A stretch of DNA of 64,000 nt from Lama glama (GCA_028534125.1 CM052816.1:43898001-43962000), one strand, 5' to 3'; shown: positions 11,521 to 25,265, counted from the stretch's first letter. The notes: a model not told the origin generated them from the sequence alone. Made by a program: numbers and translations.

Positions 11521-13414
11521 ACTGGGAATCCTACTCTCTGGCAATAATTTGAAAATATAATTACTGGTAATATGGAAAAGGACATGTGTTGTTGCTATAG
11601 GGAGACAGGGCTTGTATCTAAACTTTAGGGAAAAACAGCACCAGCAAGGGGCCCTGCTCTGGCCTGTGTCTTAGGGGCGCTCTGCACTTTAGAATGCCTT
11701 CCATTCAGTTTTTTTCAGATTCCTTCTGGGGGCTAGGACCTACAGGGTGCCTTCCACAACAGATACCCTGAGAAATACTGTAATCTGATCACATGAGATT
11801 GACCTACCCGAATAATGCCGACGTGTTGATTTTGACTGAATCTTACTCACTTTGAATACAGGATCAGTTTAGGGCCCTGGGCTACTGTTAGTCCACCTCT
11901 AACCCTTGGGCTTGAGCCCTTCATGTGGGCCAGAGGGTGAGTTCTCACCTCTGTGTCCAGGACACGAGGCCCCTGTGATCTACAGCATCAGATGGTGGCA
12001 GGGACAGCAGCAGACGCCCTTGGCTTTGTGCACAGCTCTCCTCCCAAGTTGTAACCTCTTCCTTCCACAGGCGTTGCGCTACATGTCTGGCAGATCTCTG
12101 GGAGTGGCTATGCCTGCTGCCTCTGAGGGCTTGTTAGAATCTTGCTCCCTGACGCTCATTAGCCCCTCTGATCGAAGTTTTCTCTTGCCTCTGATGGATG
12201 TGGTGACATACTCGGCTGGGTTAGCCTTAAGCTTTGCTGGAAATGGGATGGACACTTCCTTGTGTGCATAGGATCATCTTTCTTGGTCAACTCATAGGAT
12301 TCTCACCAATAAGCCTCACTGGCAGTGGAAGTCAGGGGTATGGTCCACGTTGAAGGGTGTTACATACTAGGAATGCAATGATTTTAGTTAAGATTTTGAG
12401 GGAAGACATATTCTTCTGAATATGTCTTATGTGTTATTCTATGTTTAAGCTATAAAATTCTGTATAGCAAAACTAAAATGACAGAAAATGAATAATCATT
12501 CACACTTTCCTGCATACTCTGGGAAGGATTTGCATTTATCTGTGGTCCTCTTCAATGGAGCAGTTACAACCTTGGAGAGCACCAGGAAGCCATCGGCTGA
12601 CGTAGCATCATGACTAATGATGTAACTAAATACATGGTATCAGGGAACTGTATCAGCAAGAAAAATTTATATTGTTTCAGTACAAGGGCATTCTGAAGAG
12701 CTATGGCTTTGCAAATAATAATGGCATGGCCTTCTTTTTCATGTATTGTGAGGTCTAAAATTATTTAGGCAATGAATGACACATTGGACAGTGAGGAACA
12801 TGAAGAGATTGTTCCTGGACCTGAACAGGAAGAGGTAGTGACTGGATACTTTAAGAATAATCTTCATACAAACTGATGGGACAATAGACAAATATGTAAC
12901 TTCTCTGCCCATTGGTCCAAGTCTCTTCACTTCTACCTCCTGTGGGCCCATGCATTTTGTAATACATTTTAAATAGAATTATTTATATAAACATAATTCA
13001 GACATTCACAATAGTCAATGCTCACCCACTGGGTGCTCCATGCTACATATTTAGACACATTTGAAAACTGTTCAAATGAATGGAGTACATACATTGATCT
13101 TGTCCCTGTGCCAGCGTCCACTACTGACAGTGCAACTTCTTTTGAGCAAGTGTCATGATTATTACCTTAATTAATACTTTATTTCACTGTAAATGTTAGC
13201 TTTTAAATTTTATGTGTCCTAAACGCTTTGATTCTTTCCCCCAAAACAGTTAGTCTCGGTTAAAATCCCACCACAAGGAGAAGTCATAATGTAGAGTACG
13301 ATTACCTAAGAATTCAAAGTTATAAGATTTCTGCATGTTTTATGATCCTGGTTTAACAGGCAAGGAATGAACACTATGATAATACCAAGAAATTAAAAAA
13401 ATTAGTAGTAATAA

Positions 13415-13567
13415 CTTTAATATCTTGTAGTAACCTATAAGGAAAAAGAATATAAAAATGAATAGATGTATGTATATGTAGACTGAAACATTATGCTGTG
13501 CACCAGAAATTGACACATTGTAATTGACTATACTGCAATTAAAAACAAAACAAAGCAAACAAAAAAA
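13415..13567 (+). mobile_element. Short 5'-truncated L1 3' end, camelid-like, with A-rich tail
   Basis: tatcttgtagtaacctataaggaaaaagaatat...gactgaaacattatgctgtgcaccagaaattgacacattgtaattgactatac plus an A-rich tail. Flanks aaaaaaattagta / aaaaaaacttagca could be a decayed target-site duplication (TSD). Confidence 0.88.
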
Positions 13568-14959
13568 CTTAGCACAGAGTCTGGCTGAGAAAAAAAACCT
13601 CTAAATTTGAATTCAATTTCTTATGAAAATTAATCTTCAATTTCCTTAAGCAATTTTTTAAAGTTTCCTTGTTTTCTTTTACTTCTCTCTTTTTGAGTTT
13701 TCTTTTTTGAAAGAAAATGTGAGAAGTTGTGATGATTTCAGCTGAGTAAATTTCTTATGTTTTAATGGTAAATTAAATAATTTAAAATAAAACTACAGAT
13801 GAAATAAATCACTCAGTCTAATGTTTCCTCCATTATAGTAAAAAGAATTTTTTTTAGGCACCCAGCTGTCCCACTGAGTATTTAGAATTTTTAACGGATC
13901 ATTTTATATATTTTAACTTTTTGTGTCAGAGGCCACATGCAGAAGGATAGACTCTTGTAAAATGACCCAGGAAAATTCTCTGATCAGACTTGATGCTTGT
14001 ATTCATCAAATAGTGTTTGCTTTCAAAAGAATTATTATACTTCCAGCTTGCTTGCCTTGGGGAATGTCAATTAAATCCAAATTATTTTATGACAGAGATT
14101 TTGCCATTTTTAGAGACAGGGTAAGTGAACTAGAAATGACAAAAATCAAATGAGAAATGAAAAAAACAAAGTTTGATATTTATCTGTAAGTTGCTTATCT
14201 TTCAATTAAGCACTGGTTTACCCTTGCCAAGTGTCCCCATTCACAGACGCCTATTAAAAAACAAGCTGTTTCCATTTTCTGCTAGTTCACAAGTTAGCTT
14301 CTTTTAATGCACGCTTGTGTTTAGGGCTTTCTAAAGAGCCTTGTGTTATCTCTGTATCTAGCACTTATAAAGAATCACTTTCAGCGTGTGTGGCCTGGTT
14401 CCTAACAGTCTATCAATTCATTGAATTTCCTGAATTTCAGGAAAAACACCAATTGATTCTTCATGCTCCCTGGCAGAGTAAGTCTTAATTTTTGTCTGTT
14501 TCTTCCCAACACCAATCTTAAGAAGAAAAGGTTTTCCTTACTTTGGGTTTACTGAATCATACATCACCAAGAACATTTTAAAGCATTATTTTGTCTGTTA
14601 CTTAAAGTGGAAAATGCTGTCCCTTAAGACACTGGCACTCTGCCACTTGCCTCCAGAATATTTTATGGTTCAGTGTCAGAACTGCTGCTTTTTCTAGAAG
14701 AACATATGGGCCACTTTGGAGAAGTTTTCTGCAACATTCAGATGCTGAACATATATCTATGGACATTTGGTCTCCAACAAATATTTTTTTCTGAAATTTT
14801 AATGCCTAATGGATTGTTTGGAACTTACTAAAAAGTATATTAAAGCATGATTACACCAAAGAAGGCTTGTGAATTGGAAGTAGAAGGGACTAAATATAAT
14901 TGATGCAAAGTTTAGCATTATTAGAACGCAAAAATGTATTTTCTTCTTTGAACTATTTA

Positions 14960-15014
14960 CCTCCTCCTCTTCTCCCTCCCCCTCCTCCTCCTCTCCTTCT
15001 TCCTCCTCCTTTTC
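14960..15014 (+). repeat. Polypyrimidine (CCT)n-like low-complexity tract
   Basis: Uninterrupted C/T run of about 55 nt. Confidence 0.9.
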
Positions 15015-16000
15015 AGTAAATTCAAATAGTCACTAGAAAGTATTTAGAGTGAGGGGAAAAATCATCCTGTACTTTGTGATGTTGATAAATATGTCATCGG
15101 ACTGTGGTAGGCGTCAGTACACATTTGAGGATGCTGGGTCATTAAAATTGCATCCAGTCAATCTGGGACTACCTCACCGGAATTGTTGTGTAAACACTCT
15201 TCTCACTAAAACACCTGTTTGGACTGATTGTGTATATTTTGAGTCAAAGGAGTCACATTAAATGCATTTAAAACAAATACTTAAAATTAAAGCATTCTGA
15301 ATGGAGGAACTAAATGGAACTCTACGAAAGAAGAGTTTCCCCCATCACTTCATGCAACATAGTACATTGATAACTAGAACTGGCCGGATTCTAGTGGAAA
15401 CAGACTAATTCCTTATATTACTGTTGTACCAGATTGTCTCTTTGCTGGTTATTTGGTGAGCAACTCATTTGATTTGCTAAGTTGTGGAGCTAGTTGGCTC
15501 TTAAATGAGAGCTAACCTGCAAATGGTTCTATGCTGATGAAGGATGAACGGAGAAATAAAAGAAAATAAAACAAGAGAGTAACAGTCATGTTCTACATCT
15601 GGAAATGATTAGTGACCCCATAGTCAGGGACTTCTGCGTGGAAGCTCTTCTGCCCAGACAAACTTGGGATCTTTCCAGGTCCTGAGGAGCTGAGGAGTTG
15701 GATAGGACAGTGGTCGTAATGGTCAGAGAAAGATAAAAAGGGAAAGATCCTTCATGTCATCACAGAAGACATGAGATCAGAGATAGCTTACAGAGGCTGC
15801 AACCTTTGGGGAAATTCGAAGTACGTATGGCCATTCCACTTCAGTTATTTGATTCTTCCTGTTGTTCAAATATATATGTGTATGTCAAATGGGATATATG
15901 TATATATCATCTGGTTGTCATCTTGTTCTGACTGTATGTGTCATTTTGCCACTTGGCCGTGACAATAACCAGCATGAGGCACAGTCATCTCTGGACTCAC

Positions 16001-16213
16001 CATATGGTTAGTGGCAGCCACTTGCTCCCTGAAGACTGTTTTAAAGGGCAGGGCAAAGGGATGCTTGGGAAGGATTCCAGAAGGCAGCAGTCTGGAAAAC
16101 AGCAGTAACCCTGATCACTCGAGCCCCGTGGGAAAACAGTATAGATCCATTCACTCCGGGGGCACAGAGCACACAAGAGAGACAATGAGAAGTGATTTGC
16201 TCGCCCTCCCCTT
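16001..16213 (-). other. Candidate 213-nt exon, coding status unclear
   Basis: Strong acceptor cttttttcccctttactttgcctttAG and near-consensus donor ATG|GTGAGT. Only the phase-2 frame is open. Confidence 0.3.
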
Positions 16214-18529
16214 CTAAAGGCAAAGTAAAGGGGAAAAAAGTCACACTTGTTGAAAAAGGTTCTAAGTGGCTGTTCAGTTGCCTGATTGATGATTGGTTAG
16301 AATATTTCATTTTCCCATAGACCACAATGTGATTATGTACATATGACCCACATTATATTGAAATAGCATTTGTCTTTTAAGTTGGTGTGTTCACATTAAA
16401 ATTTGGTGAACAAAAGTATAAATGTATCTTTAGGAAATCCCCCAAAAGATCTATCCACAGAGGGACTTGAGAGGAAAGTGATACACTGCAGCCTTTTAAT
16501 ATATCTGCCAGTATCTACCCCTCTAACCATGACCTTCTCACGCCTGATTTCTCCGAGCCATTTCATGCTTTCATTTTTGCTTATCCTGAGACATATAACT
16601 TGGAGTTAGAACTTACAGTACAACACATGGTAGCGTCTCGTGAGAGTGTTTACCAGATGCAGGCAACCATTTACATATTTCTAATCTGGAGACACACCTT
16701 TGAATTCTATGTTTAAATATGTGTTACAAGCAACATGTTCTATGTTTATTCAAAGATTCTCAAATCTGGAAATGTATTATACAGTAGAACTGAACCAATT
16801 TTAAATCCAACTACCCCAGGAAGCCCAAGATACTCAGACGACCTATACTTAGAATGTACGTGCATATTGGTACCCCCTCACACACAGGCAGAATGATCCT
16901 CAAAACATGTGTTTTGAAAGAGAAATTATTAGAGGAGTGGGGAGGGGTAGGTACTCTGCTGTATTCAAGTCAGTAAAGTGTATCATTATCTTCGATTTTT
17001 TCAAAGGGAGTTTAGTGTCCAGAAATACTATGAAGACCTTGATATAGTGAAGTCTCACCTGTGACACGATCCTTTGGTATTTCCTATGTTTTTGCCCTTC
17101 ACGTTCAAAAATGGTGCTTCTGATGGTGTCAGTGTATTTGTCAGATCTCCGTCCATCAATAGGCATCATGCTTGGCTTGTTTACACAAGCCCTGACTTAC
17201 AGGGAGCACTGGCAGCCACAGAAGACAGGGAGAAGGCCATGACAACTGCAGAGAGAGGACATCCCTGTGACCTCCATCATGCCCAGGATGGATGCCCTCG
17301 GTCCTCACAGGAAGGGGTGTCGAATGAGGAAAATAACATTCATGAAATCTTTTATAGAACATTAAGTCCACAAAGTCTTTGAAAAATTCAGTAACCTATA
17401 AACCTTTATTCTTCAGAATACAAATAATAACTCTAGTTTTTGCCTCCAGCGAATATAGGCATTTGATCCTAGACAGTCATAAGTGTTTCTTTTTTACACA
17501 GTTTAGGATGATAGTCATTGCTTTTCCACTCTGACTTTGTGCTAGAAAGACACAACTCATGCTCCTTCATTCACCTGGGACATAGGGAAGAAAGGGTGAA
17601 TCCCACCCTGACCCCAGGGTTGAGACTTTTCCTGTCTGGGACATGAAGTGTCTCTGTGGTGCTGGGACCACAGGAGAGCATGGGTGCAGTGGTGCACCAC
17701 CCAGAGGGCTGTCTTCTCATGCACTGTGAAAACACCATGAGCTCCAGACCATCGGCAAGGGATCAACAAAGACCAACCATGTAGATTGCATGTTACTGTC
17801 CTTTGATATCACCAGCATAATTCTTCTGTCTTCCAATTTTGTCAGCCTTGTTGCATTAGATAACAGTTTAATAGGGCCCTGTGTACTTTGGTATGGATGT
17901 TGACTGTGCTATAAGCAAGCTTTATGCTAATACAGCAGCTTTCCACAGGGACTTCCAAAGGTTATATATAGAGAATCTTGGCTGGATTGAAATATGTGGT
18001 CCCAAGGTCATAGTACAGAAGTGTCACCTTTATCTTTCATCCACTTACCTCTGTCATACTATTACTTTCTGGCTACCAAAGGAGGAAATTGTGATTGTAT
18101 TTAATTGGTGGTATTTAATAATATTAGCTCTGTCTTCGGTATCCCAGAAGGCATATGATTTCTATGCACCCACTCAAATAATTTCAACATTCGCTTGGAT
18201 ATTTCAAATGGCTAAACCAGCCTCCTTTTTGACATGCTTGGAAGAGACCCTAGGTTTGACTTTTTATGCTTTTAAATGCACTATGAATCATTCTGCCAAA
18301 CTCCTGCCCTTCATGTGAATGATATATTTTATTTACACTCTTAGAAAAAAATCTATGCATCACTATTATTAATCACTCACACCTTTAAGAATGATCTTAC
18401 CTTTTAGCTATTCATCAAGATCGGTATCCTTCCTGTTAGAAACAGACACATCATAACTGATGTACAATCAAACTGTAGATGGGTCCAAGTACATGGCTAT
18501 TAGCAGAATAGATGTCTCGTCACTTGAGG

Positions 18530-18532
<3 letters not shown>

Positions 18533-18560
<28 letters not shown>
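18533..18560 (+). repeat. (AC)14 microsatellite
   Basis: Direct reading. Confidence 0.97.
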
Positions 18561-19639
18561 CTCTGTATGCTGTATTCATTCTGGCAAGTCTCTTTAAAAT
18601 GCCAAACTGCTAAACCATGTCAGCTCTCAGACAATACATCACTATGATATTGAAGAACAGCATATCACTTCCAAAAGCTGCTCCCACCCTGAGCAAGGCC
18701 AACAAGACATCGGACCACAGGAATTCGTAAAAGTTCAGAGAGTTTAGTCTATGACTTTAATCAAAAGCAAAAGAGGGAAAAATTGGTAAATAGATAAGTT
18801 CTCTCTGATGATGTACTAATTGTAAGAAAAGACTATTTGTAATTGAATCATATCTCCATTTGAAAACCAAGAAAATAAATTTTCCTGCCTTTGACATGAC
18901 AATAACTGTAATGCATGCTTTTTATTAAAACAGCAAATGCATTCATGAAATGTGTTTAAAAGGATCTCACTTTTTGGTGGGCATTCTCATGCAACTCTAA
19001 AATGTTGGCTGGAAATTGGAAAGATGATAAGAGTCTTATTATACAATATCTGCCTTCAAGTGTGCATAACCTTAAAAGTATCACTAAAATAAATATATCA
19101 GGATAGAGACATTTAACTGTACAGGTAGCACTTTAAAATTAAAAGATCAAGAAAAACAGTGCAGTAAGGCTTTGAATCTTAGAAGATGCTAAGAACTCTC
19201 TTTTCAGCAGAACGTTTAACTCCCTGGGCATTAAGGAATTACTTAATAGAAAAGGAAATAACCCAGGGGAGAAAATGTAGCCAGCAGTAAAGCTGCTTAC
19301 AATTTCTAATAGGCCTAGGATAGTATAGTAGAAAGCCAAATGCTTCTATGCTCACTCCAAGACTCTATTTCTTAAGTTTCTCATTCATTAATTTTTCTTT
19401 GCTGGCATTAAAAGCTTCCAGAGAGACAGGCTGGGATATTGAGCTTGTTCTGAATATCCCTCTTACTGATTTCCTCACTTCATGGAAGACAGATCTGCAA
19501 GACACAGGATCTAATCCCCATTTCGACTTTTATAACGGAAGCCTAAAGCAAAGAAAGGCAGCCCTGTGGAAGGGGTTTCTGTAGGTAACGCGGATATATT
19601 GCTCACCATTAAGTGTCTTAAACACGATCTTTCTTAAAG

Positions 19640-19750
19640 TATATTAGTGAATGCTTAGAGTGTGCCTGGAACTGTGTGAAATGCTGGTGAGAATATAAAC
19701 ATGGAAAGTAAAGGTTCCTTTTTTCAAGGAGGTCATAGTCTAATAATGAG
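19640..19750 (-). mobile_element. L2 3' fragment
   Basis: gaatgcttagagtgtgcctggaactgtgtgaaatgctgg...caaggaggtcatagtcta. Confidence 0.6.
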
Positions 19751-22700
19751 AATTATCCGAAAATAATATTACGATGTGACATGGACCACAGCATAGCTGA
19801 GACTACAATGCCACAGAAACAAATGCTCTGGAATTAAACTTCATGTGGGTTTTAAACACCTTGTGGAAAAGCTATCCTGTATCTTTTGAAAAATACTTTC
19901 CTGAGAAGCTATATACTTTTGTGATCTTATAATATCATACTCCTTTTAAGAGAGCACCCCACTTTTTCTCAGATCAAACTAGCAGTCTCATTCAATGCGG
20001 ATGTTACTCTAAGGCATGATGGATTTCAAGCAGCAGCGTTCATTATCTCTATATTTCTGGAAAGCGAAGGCAAAGACAAAGGGAAGCCCCTTCAAGATCT
20101 GGATCACTTCCGCCTGTTACATTTCAACCATCAAACCTGCACAAGATGCACCCAGATTAGTCAACAGGCAGATGATTACAGATAAAACCTCTCATCTTGG
20201 GATAAATTTACTCCAAGCAGCATGAGCTCTTTGGTCATTTTATAAATATAGAATTTTAGAACAGCATCCTCAGAGATCCAGCCGTGCGTATCCAGCATTG
20301 TAGCTAAAATTTTCAAATAGAAATAAAAATAACTCCCCAGAAAGTCGCCAGCATTCATGTTTCCATTGGAGAATAATTGCAGAAGTCAGTTTAAAAGCTA
20401 ACACAAGAGATGTCGAAACACTATCTCCCACCCCCACAGAATCGCTAATGACTGGTTGTATTATAGTCTTGAAGTGAAGGTTCCAAAACCTTCTCTTCCC
20501 CAGATTTATGGTGTCACATACTGGCCATGACCAGGCTCTCTGGAAGGAAACAGAAATTCCCTGGACAGTGAGGAGATCCAGCCACATATCTCTGGGGGGC
20601 AGCAGAATGTAGCCCTGAAGGTTTAATATTGCTAATCCTGTTATTTTCTAATCCTATTACTATCATGTTGGGTGAATTGAATATATTTCCTTCTTTATCT
20701 CTTTGCAATCTCACATGTTTCCTTCAATGATGGCTTTTGGCTGACCCAGCGAACAGGTTTGCTTCTTTAATTCTTAGCAAGAATATATACACAGCCTAAA
20801 CGATACCTGTTTCCTGTAACATGCGGCGCTGTGTCCCCTTATGATGCTTCATGACAAAGCGGGTGATACAGTGACTACCCATCCAGCCCATGATTTCCTG
20901 CCTTTTATTAACCCCAACTTATTATTACATCAAAAATCATGTTTTCCACTGACGACAGATTCAGCGCACACATACACTAATGCGTGTGTTTATGTGTGTG
21001 TGAAACAGCTACACAATGAGTTATTGAGTTGTATCTAGAAAAAAATGCTAGGCGACTGCAAATTGCAAGGATATAATGCCATCAAGGGGTTTAATGGTGA
21101 CATCATAAATCACAAAAGCAAGGTACAAACGGACTGTGCTTCCCCACAATGCTAAGATGCTGCTGGTGCTGTGATTTTAAAAGTTGTCTAAGCTCCCCAG
21201 CCACCATTCCCTCATATCTGGATAATGTGTTATAATTTCCATCTTCTCCAATTCTCTCTACTTTTGCTCATCAACTTCAAACCTTCTCTCTACACCCAAA
21301 AAGAGTCTGTTTTCCTCCCTCTGCTATTAGAGCAGCTACATTTAAATGTAACACTGGATTGTCCCAAATTGAAATATAACATTGGAAAAACCTTGCCACT
21401 CTGGGCTAGGTGTCACACTCGGGCAATATGACAGACAGGTGACAACACAGCCAAGAATTAAGAGATTTTCTCCTCTTGGACGGCCATGTGCTCCATCCAC
21501 CTATTCTCTTTTCCTCTGAGACGAGGAGATCTAATTACTCTATTACCCCATTATGATTGCAAACGTAGAAATGGTTTTATAGTTGTGCATTTTATTCACA
21601 TCCGAGGTTCAGCGAATCCAAGTAATTTATATCTTATGTCCTAAATGATTCCGCTTTCTCTTCGATACTATCTTACCAAGGAATATATTAACATAAAATA
21701 ATAACTGGCCCCAACTTTTGTCCAAATTTAAATATGTCCTAGCAAAGCCAGCCCCATTCTAATTGCTTTTATGTGTCACTTTAAAGCTAGGAGACCCAAC
21801 CTCCTGGCAGCTTTGCTTTGGGTCTTAATTAGCCACTTAACTGCAAATTGGTTGGCACCCTAGTCCTTTCATCAGTTATTACCCAAATAGCATCACCGAC
21901 TGAGGATAAAGAAAAGAAAGATCCCACATGTAGCAGGTCTTTCCATCATTATTGCCCTTTAATACAAAGAGGGGGGTTCCCAACTCTAATTAAGGCTATG
22001 TTTTTAATAGGCAATTGGCATCTTATTTAATTCACTCGCAGTGCGGTGTCTTAAAGGAAAAACAACCACGGTAATGTGTGCGTAGTGCTCTAGGATTTAC
22101 AAAATACTTTCACCTACTTCGCTCCTTTTATATAGTATCTGTTTTAGCCATGCATTCATCAGTGTATTTTTACTGGTTGTCGTGATTTAAGGTGTAGATG
22201 CTATTTCAGTCCTTATTGCATTTGGTTATGTATCCCCAAAGCTGTCTAATAAAATTAACTCAGTCAGTCTCCGGTATATAAAAGGGAGTGGGCATCTCTA
22301 CTTTTTGCTGCACTTCTGGGAATGATAAACATACTACATGGAGAGGTGCTTCTTTTAAAAGCAATCCTCAGTGGTTAGGTGGGCAGAAGGGTCACCACCT
22401 TCAAAGAAGATACGAGTTAGTTATGAGAGAGAAGAAAAGACTGGGGAGAGAGCAAGGAGGCTTGGTGCTGTGAATATAGAAATAAGCAAGGGAGAAAGAG
22501 ACTACAGATAACAGATCAGATCCAAAATTTCACCAAAGGAGGGGGGAGAATTCAAAAAGAATCTGACTTAATTAGTTGAGTGTCTTAGCAGAATACCCTC
22601 AATCAATGCTTTGCATGCAATATGATACAACATCCTTTGTTTCTGCTAGGAAAGAAAATAAATAATTATGGTGCCTTTTTAATAATCAGCCCTGTGGGTT

Positions 22701-23040
22701 TTCTTTAAAACCTATTCTTTCAAACTGGTTTGATTAATTTAGGCTACAACACGTTTTATAAATTTTAAATGTAGGTATTCTTTTCTGTTCTGTCATTTTC
22801 AACCACTCGAAATTATATACGATCACGTCAACTCAAAGTTCCGGTCTTTGCGAAAGGCCGTAGGTGAGACTTTGTCCACCTCAAATCTCCACAGCTCCTG
22901 GGACTGAGGGCCAAACCCACAGGCTGACCAAGAGTGAGATTCTCGCAGGCTGTGTGTTTTCGAAAACTTGGAAAGGCTGAATTATGTTTATGAGATTCAT
23001 TTCTCCACTGCTCCCGAGCTTATAAAATATTAGTATTTAC

Positions 23041-23184
23041 AATATCCCGGAACAACAAACACAGCATGGAGGCGGCCGCCTCATCAGACTGAGCCACAAT
23101 CATCTCAGACATTTGTCTATTTATCATGGCCTGGATTTCCTTGGCAAAGAATTCAGTGAGGACGCCGAGCACACCCGTCCAACA
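23041..23184 (-). other. Weak candidate 144-nt exon or CpG-retaining regulatory element
   Basis: AG..GT bounded. The phase-0 frame is open (CWTGVLGVLTEFFAKEIQAMINRQMSEMIVAQSDEAAASMLCLLFRDI) and several CpGs are present. Both splice sites are weak. Confidence 0.2.
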
Positions 23185-23729
23185 CTGTGCGCAACAGCAC
23201 AACAAGATTCACACCCTACGATCACCCCAACACTTACTGCTTCTCTTTGGTAATCCAGTTGCCTCTAAGGTGAAGTGTGAAAAATAGAAATGTGGAACTG
23301 AGATCAAATGAAGCCAGGCCTTTGATGAAATGCAAAATGAGAGGTGTTTTGAAGGGAACACAGATATTTTTCTTTTTGGCCAGTGTCGGCAGTATCGACA
23401 ATTAAATCTCAAAAGGAGCAGATGTATGCTTACAGGGAAAATTTGAAAGAAAAATCGTTAGGAATGGTTATGTTTTAGCTACCTCAAAACAAACTTGTTC
23501 CCGCAGAATACGTGAGTTATTAACTCTGGCAACACTAGAGTCTTTTCCCCTCCCGTATGTGATTATAGAGTACTCTGTTTTTAAGTATATTATGCATTTG
23601 AATTTATCCAACAAGTTCGCTTCCCTAAAAAAAAAATTCAGTAATCTGGAAGAAGCTTAATGTTAATGCAATCGCTGTGAATTACTCAGCTAGCAAAGGG
23701 TTTCATTTTTCTATGTCAAACAAACAAAT

Positions 23730-23800
23730 GAAGCACTTTACTTAGTGCCTTTCACATAGTAAGACTGAATAAAATACTTGAATGAACAAAATAGATGAGA
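23730..23800 (+). mobile_element. L2/MIR-type 3' tail
   Basis: agtgcctttcacatagtaagactgaataaaatacttgaatgaac. Confidence 0.55.
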
Positions 23801-24989
23801 AGAAAGAACTAAGTCTATTAAGAGACCATTTCTAGCTAATGCTACATGGTTCTTCCTTCTTTGATACCTAAAGAATCGTGTTTTAACCACTTCAAAAGGA
23901 AAAATAGTTTATTTTTGTTTACCTACCGAAGTAATTCCGCAGTGCAGATGCTTGCCCACGATGAAACTTGGATAAAGGAGAGTCGACCTGAGATGAGCGT
24001 GTGGCCAAAAAAGAAAACACAGAACAAACCCTCGGTGTGTCTGAGTGTTCAGTAGGCCTTGCATGTGATAGACGTTACCCTGAAAAATAAAACGGAGAGT
24101 CTCTTTCCCGCCCTCTAGACTGAGCTTATTCTGGCCAAAAGACACATTCCAGAGTTTTTCTAATTTCCTTCTTGCCGGATCCATTTGTGAGGGGCCACAA
24201 CAGTTGGCCAAGGTCAGCGAGTCAGGACTAGAATGCCTGGCGGCTCTTGGGAGTTGTAACTTTTGTATCAAAATGGAAGTCGTTCAGGGTGGTTTCTTCC
24301 CCCGGCTGTTGTGAAGCAGACAGTATGCTGACCACCCAGTGGATGAGACTCGGATGGGCGGAAGCGCAAGAAACTATTTGATGTGACTCAAAAGCAAACA
24401 ATGCCAGATTCTTGGGGAAAATTCTGTCCTGGCAGGGGGCCATGGAATGCTTGTCTTAAACAACTTACTTGTCTTGTACTTGAGATTATAAACCTCTCTC
24501 CTCTGAGCAGCCCTTAAACACTGAGACAAAATAGAAGACAGCACTGAGGTGCTGTAAGAGGAGGAAGGCATGTGTTAAGGTTCTGACAAGTTCACAGAAT
24601 AAAGAAAATAGATGAACCTAATCTCTTAGATATTTTAAATTTGTTTTTATGTCCTGTTTTGAATAATATTAAAAATCAATGAATGACTTAATATTCATTG
24701 AGTAAACCTTACGTAAGCTATTCTATTCCAATAATTTTATAAAACTGAATTTATGAAATTGACTTGTATAAATATACTATCAGGTAGAATTACTATTTCT
24801 AAATATTAGAAGTAATAAAAGGTTAGAAAGATATTATGATTTTATGGTCCTGGTTTACTCATAGCTAAATCAGTAGCTTTCCTTTAAAGGACTAATTTAA
24901 ACCTTTATTTATCCTTGGCTAACAAAGTAAACATAATTTAGTTTATTAGGTTGTCATGGAGAACAGAGACATGTCCATTTCAGTTATGC

Positions 24990-25100
24990 TTCTTAGAATG
25001 TAAGCTTCATGAGATTAGGAAGACAGGCCTAGTTACTGCCATATTCCTAGCATCAGCAGCAAATATTAAACATCAGATAAACTATTTGCCAAATAAATGC
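24990..25100 (+). mobile_element. L2 3' fragment
   Basis: ttagaatgtaagcttcatgag...ccatattcctagcatc...aactatttgcc. Confidence 0.6.
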
Positions 25101-25107
25101 ACCTAAA

Positions 25108-25265
25108 TCAGTGATTTCTTAGGTCAAAGAGACAAACTATGAAATCAAAACAAACCAAAATAAATTGCACAAAAACAAGAATCTTAAGGTAGAACCCAGA
25201 AATCTGAATGTTTTAGTAGATCGCCTCATGATTTTGATGACCATCTAATTTTGGTAACTACCAAC
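25108..25265. mobile_element. MER5-like hAT-Charlie fossil
   Basis: cagtgatttct...agaacccagaaatctgaatgttttagtag...catgattttgatg...tttggtaactacc. Confidence 0.55.

Noticed and set aside
11906..12271. 121-aa ORF in a GC-richer patch
   Set aside because: Non-ATG start and no recognisable homology. Length is expected by chance at this GC content.
17059..17208. Minus-strand exon candidate with a good CAG|GTGAGA donor
   Set aside because: The better acceptor gives an immediate in-frame stop, the alternative acceptor is weak and the peptide is unrecognised.
17881..18318. Longest ORF in the track (145 aa)
   Set aside because: Non-ATG start, composition typical of translated AT-rich intron, and no recognisable domain or exon signals.
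23909..24571. Overlapping minus-strand ORFs in a CpG-richer region
   Set aside because: No consistent splice sites or recognisable protein, and stops occur in all frames across the region.
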